A DNA stretch of 64,000 nucleotides from Octopus vulgaris (GCA_951406725.2 OX597816.1:27280001-27344000), one strand, 5' to 3'. Counted from the stretch's first letter, positions 13,503 to 26,480 are shown. The notes: generated by a model not told the origin, from the sequence alone. Numbers and translations are program-made.

Positions 13503-13706
13503 ACTGTTTACTGTTTTACTTGTTTCAGTCATTTGACTGCGGCCATGCTGGAGCACTGCCTTTAGTCGACCAAATTGACCCCAGGACTTATTCTATTGAT
13601 CTCTTTTGCTGAACCGCTAAGTTACGGGGACGTAAACACACCAGCATCTGTTGTCAAGCGATGCCGGGGGTCAAACACAGACACACAAACACATACACAC
13701 ATACAT

Positions 13707-13761
<55 letters not shown>

Positions 13762-13959
13762 TACATATATATATATATATACATATATATATACATATAT
13801 ATGACGAGCTTCTTTCAGTTTCCGTCTACCAAATCCACTCACAAGGTTTTGGTCGGCCCGAGGCTATAGTAGAAGACACTTGCCCAAGGTGCTACGCAGT
13901 GGGACTGAACCCAGAACCATGTGGTTAGTAAGCAACCTACATACCACACAACCACTCCT
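13503..13959 (-). mobile_element. tRNA-derived SINE family A (dominant repeat, probably one of the octopus OK/OR SINEs)
   Basis: Head GGCGCAGGAGTGGCTGTGTGGTAAG (A box)..GGTTCAGTCCC (B box), CORE-like CCTTGGGCAAGTG, internal (TA/TG)n and tail GACTGAAACAAGTAAAAGAGTA. Other approximate copies: 1911-2070(+), 5550-5765(+), 15399-15811(-), 17972-18380(+), 18832-19215(+), 20589-21030(-), 21650-22064(-), 22395-22790(+), 31431-31845(+), 32283-32660(-), 36669-37128(+), 40052-40430(+), 42117-42535(-), 46654-47066(-), 48110-48522(-), 49548-49940(+), 55972-56515(+), 60254-60660(+), 63207-63624(-). Confidence 0.9.
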
Positions 13960-14599
13960 GAACTCAAAGCAAAGGAGAAAAAGATGCCAGTCAGAAAGCA
14001 GTACAGGAAACGTGAGTTGATCAGTTTGAGGCAAAAGTGGTCTGATCTAGTTTACATTTTTGAGAAACACCCAACACCTCACAGATCAGGCTTCAGATGT
14101 GCTTGATGCCATCATGACAAACTAAGAATCAGACAACCAGCTTGGTGATGTCTTGGTGTTATCATATAGAATCTTGCAACTGTATCCGGTGTCTTCCTTG
14201 CAGTCATTTGCTGCCTTTGATCACCCAGACATGATGATTAGGAAAATGATAGAAAGACAAACAGAAGAATGACTAAAATAGCTATGTAAAAAATTTTAAA
14301 TATATTACCAAAACCAAAAGCAAGTTTTATAAAATCTTTAATATGTTTTTAACAAATTTGGAAGTGAATTTTTGTTCTAGTGATATTCAAATGCAAATAA
14401 TCATGCAAAGTTTAAAATTTTTCCTATAATTAATTTGGCAATGGTGAATTTTTAATGTCTAATAACATAATGTTATCAAATTTTACTATATTTTCATATT
14501 TTTTGAATAAGTCGTTCAAAACAAAGTGTTGTTTTGAAAAATTATTAAAATCTTAAAATTTAAATAAAATCTATATATTATAATTTCTGCATAAATAGC

Positions 14600-15306
14600 A
14601 CGGCATGATGTAGTTTAGGAGGAAATTTACCATCTTTTTGAAACAATATTGTCACTTATTACATTAAAACTTTTCTCTCTTTTTTTTAAAACTAAGGATG
14701 TAAAATAACCTACCATTGAAGATAAGTCCTCTGGGAACAATTGCAGCTTATACAGGGGGTCCCTAAAGTCTGGACACCTAAGAAATCTCAAGCATCGAGG
14801 CCATTTTTCTTTGATGAACACGTAAACTGGTGAGACTTACCTCACCATGTCGAGAGACTAGTTAATGCCCCAACTTGAAAGGCTAAGTGAAGGACTTCTT
14901 GAGTGGTTCCAACAGGATGGTGCCGCTGCCCATTTTGCCATGGTGGTAAGAGATTGGCTGAATGACAATTTCCCTGACCAGATCGGAAGACATAGTCATG
15001 TGGAGTGGCCTTCTTGCCTTTCTTGACTTCTTTCTCTGGGGTATGCTAAAGGAGAAAGTGTACTCAACGAAAATCACAGATGCAATGAAAATCAAAGATG
15101 GAACACATAAAGATTGAGCGTGTTCAGATTGATGGCAGTGTGGAGATATTGCATCAAGTTCACATAAATCTTGCAAATGGTGGAAATCATATTGAAGATG
15201 TTATTTGTTAATATTCTAATCGATTAAAATGTTGCTGAAAATTTTACATGTATTTCTTGAAAATATACATTTTGCCTATGTATCCAAACTTTATGGACAC
15301 CCTGTA
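14600..15306 (+). mobile_element. Tc1/IS630-like transposon remnant
   Basis: GPFFFDE..YLTM..WFQQDGAAAHFAMVVRDWLNDNFP..DFFLWG..KEKVY; terminal GGACACCCTG|TA. Confidence 0.8.
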
Positions 15307-15599
15307 GAGTAAAGATAGTACTAAATACTTGTTGCTGTTTTAGAATTAAAGTTCATTATATCACATTTAATTCTTTATTTCCCTTCATAATTTATATCTT
15401 ACTCTTTTACTCTTTTACTTGTTTCAGTCATTTGACTGCGGCCATGCTGGAGCACCGCCTTTAGTCGAGCAAATCGACCCAGGGACTTATTCTTTGTAAG
15501 CCCAGTACTTATTCTATCGTTTTTTTTTGCTGAACCGCTAAGTGACGGGGACGTAAACACACCAGCATTGGTTGTCAAGCAATGATAGGGGGACAAACA

Positions 15600-15641
<42 letters not shown>

Positions 15642-15905
15642 CATATATACGACAGGCTTCTTTTCAGTTTCCGTCTACCAAATCCACTCACAAGGCATTG
15701 GTCGGCCCGGGGCTATAGCTATACTTGCCCAAGGTGCCACGTAGTGGAACTGAACCCGGAACCATGTGGTTGGTTAGCAAGGTACTTACCACACAGCCAC
15801 TCCTGCGCCTATGAAATCCATTCATTTGTAGAACATGATATTTAAAATGAGAAGGAAATCTACTGTTCAGTATTTTCTGAATAAGTTTCACAATTTTTTT
15901 TTTAA

Positions 15906-16135
15906 TAAACCCTTTAGTGTTTAAACCGGCCCATATCAGGCCAAAATTGTCTTCCTGTTTTATGCTCAAACCAGCCAACTCTGACCTCTCACACCTACCC
16001 TACAAAGTCATTCTAAAAATAAACAGGAACAACATCAAAATCTCAGAGTTACAAGATGCTGTACAATTAATTAAAAATAAATATGATTAAACAGATTTTA
16101 CATTTGAGAGAGTAATCTGAATACCTAAGGGTTAA
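15906..16135. mobile_element. piggyBac-type MITE (degenerate)
   Basis: AACCCTTTAG ... CTAAGGGTTAA ends. Confidence 0.55.
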
Positions 16136-16329
16136 AGCAATAGTTGTTAAAAGCAAAGATTTAAATTACTGAGAAGCAATGATAGGATTCAAAATCAGTC
16201 TTTTATTTTAGTGGAAATTCTGTTTATTTCCACATCTAGGTGTGGAGTAACAGTCGCAAATGTCTTCGTTTAATCTTTGACAATTAATATGATGCATTTT
16301 TATGTACCTAACATTATCAATAGGAATAA

Positions 16330-16610
16330 ATAAAATTTTTTTTCTAAAATCAAAGTCTTGAATACTAAGAATTCTCTTTCCAAATTTCATGAACACATTT
16401 CTGATGCCATCATCAAATCTTCCTCGAATAATTCTTAGACTAGCCACATTATTGTATTTATTCAAAATAATGGTTTTTTTTTTTGATTAACTTCATTTTC
16501 AAGTCTCTCAGTTTATAATTATTCAATAAATCCAGGCAATTGATTAATAACTTAAATCATAGAACTTGTAAACAAGCATTTCTTAGGTTTAATGGTGGAA
16601 GTTGTGAAAT
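16330..16610 (-). pseudogene. Ubiquitin-specific protease (peptidase C19)-like domain remnant at the 3' end of the RepHel frame
   Basis: With one 1-nt frameshift the sequence reads NLRNAC(F)TSSMI*VINQLPGF, matching the USP Cys box NLGNTCYMNSVLQxLxxxPxF in exact spacing (catalytic TGT at 16574-16572). A downstream FDDG.QKCVHE resembles the QQDAxEF box. No His box was found. Confidence 0.65.
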
Positions 16611-16943
16611 AATATTTGCTTTATCATTCTAATTTTGTTCTATATATTCTTCAATATTTAATTTTTAACTCTCTTCTGAGGTATACTAGGTGCAATATCC
16701 ATGCAAAGAGGTTTTTTTTTTTTCTGCAAGGTGGTATCAGAAACAAATCTGGTTTTTTGAGTAATGACACACAATTTGTTGTACTCTTCCCATGCAAATT
16801 TGTCACACAATTTGCAAACTTTTGAAAGTAAGCACAGTAAGTAAAATCCCTATCTGGCAACTGGAAGGAAAGCTGTCCTCTCAACAAATATCCTGCTGTT
16901 GGTATAGCTGGATGACAAGCTCTGGTGATGATGTTATTCTTTC

Positions 16944-17359
16944 AGATCTTTTCGGTTTGAACGGCAGTTTTCAACATAATTTCTAGGTAACTAAAAAATT
17001 TTAAACTTCGTATACTGGTAGAATGTGTTTATAAAACATCTTTTTCTCTTGGCTTTATTGAGAAAATTTTATAGTTTGTAAGATATTTGTTGTTTTTTTC
17101 CTTCAATTTCTGCAATTTCAACCAATCAATTACGTCTATTGAGGTAAATACCATTCTGTGCCGTATGAATATGTCTCTCGTTTAAGAAACAGATTGGGTT
17201 TATTTACATTTGTGAAGAAAAAAAGATACCCTCCCCCCCAACCCTAACCCTAACACTAAAACAGATTGAAATGCAATAGATCTATGCTAGGGTCATAATT
17301 ATGGGTGACAATTTCATATGACACCACTAGAAAAACTGCTGTTCAAACCGAAAAGATCC
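16944..17359. mobile_element. Same MITE family, copy 2, nested in an RTE 3' fragment (~16867-17465) that itself interrupts the helicase
   Basis: Perfect TSD attctttc. The flanks translate as the RTE C-terminus RKTWVKQIEANL..RDQKE. Confidence 0.9.
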
Positions 17360-19720
17360 ATTCTTTCTGATCTCTGGTGCTGGCCTTAGCATGCTTGAGG
17401 ATGAGATGTTGCGACTTCAGGTTTGCCTCAATTTGTTTTACCCATGTCTTTCTTTGGTGTGCTGCCCTGGAATCTATATAAACCATGCAATCAGAAAATA
17501 GAGATCTTTGGTTTATAATCATCCCATTGACACTGATTCCTTGTGAATTGTTATTACATCAAAGAGAGTGTGGAAAATGATTCCTGGTGACAAAAATACC
17601 ATCAATAATTTCATAATCAGCTTGCTAATATAAGAGACTTGTTTTGTTTGTGGTCAAAAGCAATATTTTCAATATGATTCTTTCCTCCTGTTCTAATGGT
17701 CCTTTCTACAATAGGTACAAGGCTTGAAATTTTGGTGGAGGGGTGTAGTCATCTGCATCAACCTAGTGTTTCACTGGTACTTAATTTATCAACCCTGAAA
17801 GGATGAAAGGCAAAGTTGACCATGGCAGAATTTGAACTCAGAATGTAATGTGGGATGAAATCCAATACGTATTTCATCCAGCATGCTAATGATTTTACCA
17901 CCTCGATGCTGTCCTCTTGTTCTAATAATGCTATTACAAAAGTTTTGGTCTACATCATACTTTTTCTTCAACAGGCGCAGGAGTGGCTGTGTGGTAAGTA
18001 GCTTGCTAACCAACCACATGGTTCCGGGTTCAGTCCCACTGCGTGGCACCTTGGGAAAGTGTCTTCTGCTATAGCCCCGGGCCGACCAATGCCTTGTGAG
18101 TGGATTTGGTAGGCGGAAACTGAAAGAAGCCCGTTGTATATATGTATATATATATGTGTGTGTGTGTATGTTTGTGTGTCTGTGTTTGTCCCCCTAGTAT
18201 TGCTTGACAACTGATGCTGGTGTGTTTACATCCCCGTTACTTAGCGGTTCGGCAAAAGAGACCGATAGAATAAGTACTGGGCTTACAAAAGAATAAGTCC
18301 CGGGGTCGAGTTGCTTGATTAAAGGCTGTGCTCCAGCATGGCCGCAGTCAAATGACTGAAACAAGTAAAAGAGTAAAAGTGAGAGAGAGTCCCAATTTTC
18401 AGCAAAGTGTCTAGTCCAGTCAAAAAATGAGTAAAAATTTAAAATTTAAACAAAGTCTATATTTCCTTAAGTGTATTGCTGATTTTACTATTTTCCTTTC
18501 ACCTCCCATCTTTTTGTCACATGCCAGAATCTGGCTATAATATTAATAGTCATGATATCACATTTTTTTAAAAAAACCATTTCATTATTTAGTTCATCTA
18601 CTGCTTCACTTAGAAGAAGTATGCTAAGAAATTTCAAATCAGGTGTAAAATACAATTCAAATAATTTATCAGCAATTTCTTCAGTAGCTGTTTTTCTATT
18701 TGGAAATAGCATTGTCTTTGAAGAATGCTTTTATCAGAATCCATGGATTAACAGCTTTAATTCTTCCTTATATTTTACTGTAATTTTCTTTGTCTTATGT
18801 TTATATAAGTTCATCAGATCAAAAATATGTCCACAGGAGTGGCTGTGTGGAAAGTAGCTTGCTTACCAACCATATGGTTCCGGGTTCAGTCCCATTGCGT
18901 GGCACCTTGGGCAAGTGTCTTCTACTATAGCCTCGGATCGACCAAAGCCTTGTGAGTGGATTTGGTAGATGGAAACTGAAAGAAGCCCGTTGTATATATG
19001 TATATGTTTGTGTGTCTGTGTTTGTCCTCCCAACATCGCTTGACAACCGATGCTGGTGTGTTTACGTCCCCGTTACTTAGCGGTTTGGCAAGAGAGACCG
19101 ATAGAATAAGTACTAGGCTTACAAAGAATAAGCCCTTGGGTCGATTTGCTCAACTAAAGGCGGTGCTCCAGCATGGTTGCAGTCAAATGACTGAAACAAA
19201 TAAAAGAATAAAAGAAAAAATGGTTCTCTACTAATATCAATTTTTGTTCATTTGGAATCATATGAAATTCTTTGAATACTGGGTTTGCATTAACAGGTGG
19301 AAGTTGCAATGAATCACCAAACAAAAGGTTAGTCTATTCTGATCTTCAAAGATCTCATGTTGTATTTTGTAAATAAAAGTCAGCATCAAATAATTGATCA
19401 TACTGATTGCATCAATAGTAAATAGTCTGATCTCATCATCAAATAGCTTGCAACGTTTTCACTTTTTTTGTCAGTTCTCTCAAGTAGGAAATTTTCTTTG
19501 TTGAACACTAATCTTAAGTATTCTCTGCAAAGTATTGCCTTTATTTGAAAAGCACTTATGCCAGTGAACCTACAAATTATTATAGGAGACCAACTGCATG
19601 AATCAGACATGAAATTTTGTCTGATGTGGTGTCTATCAAAAAACTTTTTGGAGTTCCTCATATACCAGAAATGAATTTAAGCAGCTATGGGTACCACGTT
19701 TACATCTTGGAATTGGTTTG

Positions 19721-20144
19721 GGATCTTTTCGATTTGAACGGCAGTTTTCAACATAATTTCTAGGTAACTAAAAAATTTTAAACTTCGTATATTGGTAGAA
19801 TGTGTTTATAAAACATCTTTTTCTCTTAGCTTTATTGAGAAAATTCTATAGTTTGTAAGATATTTGTTGTTCTTTTTTCTTCAATTTCTGCAATTTCAAC
19901 CAATCAATGACGTCTATTGAGGTAAAAAAAACATTCTGTGCTGTATGAATATGTCCCTTGTTTAAGAAACAGATTGGGTTTATTTACATTTGTGAAGCAA
20001 AAAAGATACCCTTCCCCCTAACCCTAACTAACCCTAACCCTAAAATAGATTGAAATGCAATAGATCGATACTAGGGTCATAATTATGGGTGACAATTTCA
20101 TATGACACCGCTAGAAAAAACTGCCGTTCAAACCGAAAAGATCC
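19721..20144. mobile_element. Same MITE family, copy 3
   Basis: TSD ttggtttg/taggtttg; internal (CCCTAA)n. Confidence 0.9.
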
Positions 20145-20805
20145 TAGGTTTGTTCTTATTTCAATGAAGCTCTTCCAATAATACTAATAACTTCATTAAA
20201 AACTGTTTTTTGGTCTTCATTCAGCTGAAACTCCTTTTTGTCTTACAAATTCTTCAGTAACTTTTCTTTCAATTTTCTTTGCTTAATTTTCAAAAATATT
20301 TTTCCCCACCTTCTTTTTCTTCTTTGATTTCTAATTGTTTTACTAATTCATGGTTCAACCACATGTTTTTTTTAATATTTTCATACTGACTGAGTAACTA
20401 AATAGAAAATCAACATTATAATTCTTAAGTGATTCTTCATATGAATAAGAACCATTAACAAAATCAATTTCACTCTTTTTCCTAGATATAAACAACATTA
20501 ACAAATCATGTAAGTTTTGTTTTGTTTCTTTCAGTGAAATATTTGGAACATTGATTATTTTTCCCCTTGACCTTTGTTATTGACCAATACTCTTTACTCT
20601 CTTTTACTTGTTTCAGTCATTTGACTGCGGCCATGCTGGAGCACCGCCTCTAGTCGAGCAAATCGACCCCGAGACTTATTCTTTGTAAGCCCAGTACTCA
20701 TTCTATCGGTCTCTTTTGCCGAACCGCTAAGTGACGGGGACGTAAACACACCAGCATCGGTTGTCAAGCAATGGTAGGGGGACAGACACAGACACACAAA
20801 CACAT

Positions 20806-20865
<60 letters not shown>

Positions 20866-21863
20866 GACAGGCTTCTTTCAGTTTCCGTCTACCAAATCCA
20901 CTCACAAGGCTTTGGTCGACCCGGGGCTATAGCAGAAGACATTTGCCCAAGATGCCACGCAGTGGGACTGAACCCGCAACCATGTGGTTGGTTAGCAAGC
21001 TACTTACCACACAGCCACTCCCGCGCCTATGTTCACTTTTTCAGCTTCATTTTCATCACCTGCTGCAAGCTGATGCATTTTCTTATTGGCTGGCAACTTC
21101 ATATAATGAAACATTTCTCAGAAATACTGGTATGTTTGAATGATATGTTTCATTCATATTTTTATAAAGGATGCTTGTAGTTAGTAGTGAAAGTTCTTGT
21201 AATTCCAGTTTGGTCTCAACTTGTGACTCCTTTTACTAGGCGTATCAGCACCCACCCAATTTACTTGATCAGCTTTGTCAGCTTTGTCATCATTATAAAA
21301 CAGATGCTGAATGTTTCTTCTAAATCTTGGTTCTAGATGAAGTCAATTTTTAATATACATTTAAGGTTTTACTGTCCCATATGGTCTATTCTTGAATTTT
21401 ACAAATTTCTCTTCAGGGAATAAAACTGAGATGCACAATTATTCTAAATTAGGATTTTCATCTTTGATTAATGTTCCTGTGATTGTAAGTATTTTATAAA
21501 TCTCAATGTCTTTTTGTTTAGCAATGAATGTTAAATGCTGATGAATGCATGGTATATTCTTACAACTGTATGATGTTCATAAACATTTTCAGTGTCTATT
21601 TGAATTAGCAAAGGATCAGTATCATTTGAAATATTTTGTCTCTCTCTCTTTACTTTACTCTTTTACTTGTTTTAGTCATGTAACTGTGGCCATGCTGGAG
21701 CATTGCCTTTAGTCGAGCAAATCAACCCCAGGACTTACTCTTTGTAAGCTTAGTACTTATTCTATCGGTCTCTTTTACCTGAACCACTAAGTTATGGGGA
21801 TGTAAACACACCAGCATCGGTTGTCAAGTGATGTTGGGGGAACAAACACAGACACACAAACGT

Positions 21864-21894
<31 letters not shown>

Positions 21895-23689
21895 CATATA
21901 TACGACAGGATTCAGTTTTTGTCTACCAAGTCCATTCACAAGGCTTTGGTTGGCCCAAGGCTATAGTAGAAGACACTTGCCCAAGGTGCCACACAATGGG
22001 ACTGAACCCGGAACTATGTGGTTCGTAAGCAAGCTACTTACCACACAGCCACTCCTATGCCTATGTACCAATGTCATATAAATCCTTAGACACATTTGTT
22101 TTTTTCTTTGTGAAGTTCATTATTTGTTTCAAGCCAATTGAGTGCATGAAAAATATTTTTCATGTTTGTCAAGATCCTTAAATGATTTTCTTTCTCAATA
22201 ATTCTAATATTTGCATCTTCTTAATACATCTAGGTAGGTTCAGATGCAAAATATGCTGGTTGCTGTATTGTACATCATAGAAGATCAGCTGGTCCCTTTT
22301 ATGATGACAGTGTGTTCAAAACACCCAACTTATTGCTACTTGGCATTCTGGGACACCAGTGTCTCAACATGTTGAATCTTGTCAACCAAAAGTAACCGTG
22401 TGGTAAGTAGCTTGCTAACCAACCACATGGTTCCGGGTTCAGTCTCATTGTGTGGCATCTTGGGCAAGTGTCTTCTGCTATAGCCCCGGGCCGACCAATG
22501 CCTTGTGAGTGGATTTGGTAGACGGAAACTGAAAGAAGCCTGTCGTATATATGTATATATATGTATGTGTGTGTGTTTGTGTGTCTGTGTTTGTCCCCCT
22601 AGCATCGCTTGACAACCGATGCTGGTGTGTTTACGTCCCCGTCACTTAGCGGTTCGGCAAAAAGAGACCGATACAATAAGTACTGGGCTAACAAAGAATA
22701 AGTCCTGGGGTAGATTTGCTCGACTAAAGGCGGTGCTCCAACATGGCCACAGTCAAATGACTGAAACAAGTAAATGAATAAATGAAAGAAAAGAACTCTA
22801 AACTTTGTTTATACTTTTGTAATCTTTAATAAAATATGAAGATTTGTTAACAATGTTGGCCTTAGAATAGTCCTCTTCTATTTCATGCAATTCATGAATT
22901 TTTAAAGAACTTTTTACATCAAGAACTTCAAAAATAGCAGTGTCATATAAATGCATACAGCTCTTAATCTGTACACAGAGGTCACAAATATTCTAAGTCT
23001 TGGGCTCTGGAAAGCCATTGTTTTAATGAATTCAAGTGAATTGGTGAAATAGGAATGACTAACCAATAAAAATAATCACTCTGAATGGCAGATTTTTCAT
23101 TTTTTGCACATTCCCAAACCAATTAAACTTGTAAAATTTCATTAATTGAGTTATGAATTTCTCTAGTTTCAATGTCACACAGATGCCTCAATTTTCTTTC
23201 AAACTTGGATTTTTCAGTTTCTTTTTCTTGTCCATCGTTTTCCTCTCAATAACAATAACCTATTTACTTTTCATCATCAGATGGAGCATTTTTATACTCA
23301 CAATCATCAGAGAGACAGTCAACACTGGCAAAATCATGGTTGCTCAAAACATGTAGTGCTACATAATTTACAGAATTTGTAGGGAAAAAGTACTATTCTT
23401 TTACTAATGAACAACTGTTATACAAAAATATGGTACAAATTTTCATTGGCAAAAGTTTGGTACAAATTTTGACTCCAATAAACTGACAACAAACCTTGAA
23501 TCTTTTCGGTTTGAACTGCAGTTTTTTTCTAGCGGCATCATATGAAATTGTCACCCATAATTATGACCCTAGTATTGATCTATTGCAAAAGAAGAAATAA
23601 AGATAGACTTTTTTTCTATTCTAAAGAAAAACGATTTCCCATGGCTTTATCGATCGTATCCTCCCCAATAATCTAAGAGCAGTATGCAT

Positions 23690-24960
23690 TGTTATTTCTC
23701 AAACTTCATCAGAAATTTAGGATTTGATGGTAAGCTCTGATAAAAATCAATCCTTGCAAAATATTTCATACCTGACAGTATTTGTAATGCCATCTCAATG
23801 TTTCATGTAATTAAGGGTTAGAACACATCTGGAATTACTCTTATCTTGTAATTGACACAAATATGTACATCACCATGGGGTTCATGCTCCATGGCTATCA
23901 CTGCAGCTTACTTACCCTTTCCAGGTTCCATTATCTGGCATTTTCCTTAATTTTGCTACAACATGGGGATAAATATGTACAGCATTATTTTTAAAATTCA
24001 GTTTCAACTTTATAATCTTTTAAGCAGCTAATATAATCAGATTGCGTGTGATGAAGAAATGACATACTATTGCATCGCAATACATCCATTCTATTAAGAT
24101 AATACCTTTTATAAATAAAAGTGACAATTATGGAAGCTAAATCATTACTAATGTGTCCCCAATATGGTTTCAAACTTTCCCAAGTGATTGATTACTAAAC
24201 CATCGAACTGATTGAGAGTGGCATTGAAAATTCCATATTGGGAGATCCTAAATTCATTCAGAAAGTCTTTGATAAGATATTGATTTCAAATTTTGGTGCA
24301 AGGCTAATAATTTTGGGTGAGGAGCTAAGTCAATTACACTGACCCCAGTGTTTAACTGGTACTTATTTTATCGACCTAGAAAGGATGAAAGGTAAAGTCG
24401 ACATCAGTGGAATTTGAACTCAGAATGTGGAAACAGATGAAATGCCACAAAGCATTTTGCCCAGCATGTTAACAATTCTGCCAGCTTGCCACCTTAAGTC
24501 TTAGGCAAGATATTAGCATCACTGCCAGTGTCCACTTGCATCTACACATCAATATCCTTTAATTTAATGGAGGTCAATGAAGTAGAATCACTGTTCTCAA
24601 TGTTGAAGAAATTACTTGTTTCTTAATTACCAGTACAACTTGAAAATGCCTTCCAAGAAGACTGAAAATGGTTCTTCTCATAGATATTTTATGTCTTTCC
24701 AAAAGCAGGAGACTTATATTATTGGTGTAGCCACAAAACTTACATGTAACCTTTTTCTTGTGCACATGTGACACAGACAATTCTTTTAACATACTAACAT
24801 TATCACGAGAAGCATTTTCTGAAATTGAATGTTCAAATATTTCAGAGCAACATGCAGAATTTCATAGTGTATCAATTTAGTTGCAATTGATCATCTTCAG
24901 CATATCAAATTCATAAAAATGTGAATTTTCTTTCAATCATCACCATCACATGCATAGAGC
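23690..24960 (-). mobile_element. Ty3/Gypsy LTR-retrotransposon gag-pol remnant
   Basis: CKFCG knuckle-like motif (~24745), protease MQVDTGSDANILP (~24545-24505), and RT HGDVHICVNYK..LSGMKYFARIDF..AYHQI (~23880-23720). Interrupted by a SINE at ~24282-24495. Confidence 0.8.
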
Positions 24961-26480
24961 TGTCAAATTTAATAGCTGGTCCCTTTGTTGAGACAGTATC
25001 TCTTCCAGATCTTTTCGGTTTGAACGGCAGTTTTTAACATAATTTCTTGGTAACTAAAAAATTTTAAACTTCGTATACTGGTAGAATGTGTTTATAAAAC
25101 ATCTTTTTCTCTTGGCTTTATTGAGAAAATTCTATAGTTTGTAAGATATTTGTTGTTTTTTTTCTTCAATTTCAACCAATCAGTGACGTCTATTGAGGTA
25201 AAAAACATTCTGTGCCATATGAATATGTCCCTCGTTTAAGAAACAGATTGGGTTTATTTACATTTGGGAAGAAAAAAAGATACCCTTCCCCCACCCCTAA
25301 CCCTAACCCTAACTTACCCTAACCCTAAAAGAGATTGAAATGCAATAGATTGATTCTAGGGTCATAATTATGGGTGACAATTTCATATGACACCGCTAGA
25401 AAAAACGGCTGTTCAAACTGAAAAGATCCTCTCTTCCTCCTACATATTTTCCACATTTATCATCTCTCATAATGTCATTTTCAAGCCTCTTTCCAATCAT
25501 CATTGATGAGAGTAAGAGTGCCACCCATTTTAAACACTTTTTCCCAACTACGTCTTCATTTACTCTAGTATACTGCTTTGCAATATCTCATGCCTATGAA
25601 CCTTTCATTACTGAACACTATTAAGGTGGTGAGCTGGCAGAAACAGTATGTTGAAGTGCTTAGCGGTATTTCACCTGTCGATACGTTCTGAGTTTAAATT
25701 CTGCCAAGGTCGACTTTGCCTTTCATCCTTTCGGGGTCGATAAATTAAGTACCAGTTTGCGTACTGGGGTCGATTAAATCGACTGCCCCCTCCCAAATTT
25801 CCAGCCTTGTACCTATAGTAGAAAGGATTACTGAACATTATCAAAGCTCTTGCTTTCTGCTTGTTTTCAAGCAATGCTCACTTGTCACATGATGTAGTTC
25901 TTTGCTACTCACTTTCTTCTAGCCTTTCCTTACTTGTCTTTGTTTTTATTGCTTCATCCACAGTGCTAGCCCACCATCATGCTATCGTATATCTGGCACA
26001 AAATTGGTTTGCAGCTTGCATTGTGTTAACTCCAAGGAGGAGAGGAAAACCCTTTGAAACATTAAAAGTTCCTTTCTCCTCCTCCTTTTTGTCATATGCA
26101 CTTTCCAGAATTGCCCTGAGCATTTATTTATCTCAATGATGTTTCAGTCACCACACTTTTCTTCTTCATAATGTCTCTCAGCCCATCTGTTTTTTATTCT
26201 AAAATCTGAAGTTAGCCTGTGTTAAGGTGAGCATTCTTAACTGAAGAAGACCTTGGTATTTATAGCTATCTACTTAATCCATTTCCTGGTGAGAATGAAA
26301 TCTATTTCACGTCATGTTAATCTGACTGGAAGGTGATTAAATGGCAGGTTGGTTCCCTGAAGTTCATGTTGCAGATAGTTCCTTTGTATCACAAACTTCT
26401 TGAAGTCTTGATACCATAATCATAACCACCACGTACTTCTGAGAAGCTCTCATGCCCATTAAAATCCCCAACCAGAAAAA
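24960..26480 (-). mobile_element. RTE-clade LINE ORF remnant (endonuclease and linker)
   Basis: TICNMNFREPTCHLITFQS (~26380-26325), IAKQYTRVNEDVVGKKC and KEA*K*HYER (~25590-25460). Split by a MITE and a SINE. Confidence 0.7.
25007..25429. mobile_element. Same MITE family, copy 4
   Basis: Perfect TSD tctcttcc; internal (CCCTAA)n. Confidence 0.9.

Larger units (their letters stand above)
16200..23360 (-). mobile_element. Decayed Helitron2/Helentron-type RepHel element (DUF6570-like N-terminus, PIF1 helicase, C-terminal USP-like domain; Rep core missing)
   Basis: Manual minus-strand translation across stops and frameshifts gives colinear motifs. N-terminal: ALNWLETNNELH (~22150-22110), LCISVLFPEE..YIKN*L..EPRFRRNIQHLF (~21440-21300), VNWVGADTP..LYE (~21265-21105), LLMLF..SYEE (~20505-20430), LNEDQKTVF (~20230-20195). 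Helicase: Walker A FISGI*GTPKSFLI (~19675-19634), FTGISAFQI, Walker B TIDAISM (~19419-19399), LFGDSLQLPPV (~19324-19292), VDELNNEM (~18600), LKIG..LKKKYDVDQNFCNS, RNHFP..TIHK/SQGISV (~17590-17530), FSDCMVYIDS (~17500-17470), EEYNKL (~16790). Confidence 0.88.

Noticed and set aside
17972-18050. tRNA genes suggested by A/B boxes
   Set aside because: They are SINE heads continuing into CORE-like and tail sequence, with no complete cloverleaf or terminator.
16780-20230. Host PIF1 gene or endogenous virus
   Set aside because: The frame is intronless, has many stops, and is preceded by Helitron2-type N-terminal motifs. No viral capsid or polymerase motifs were seen.
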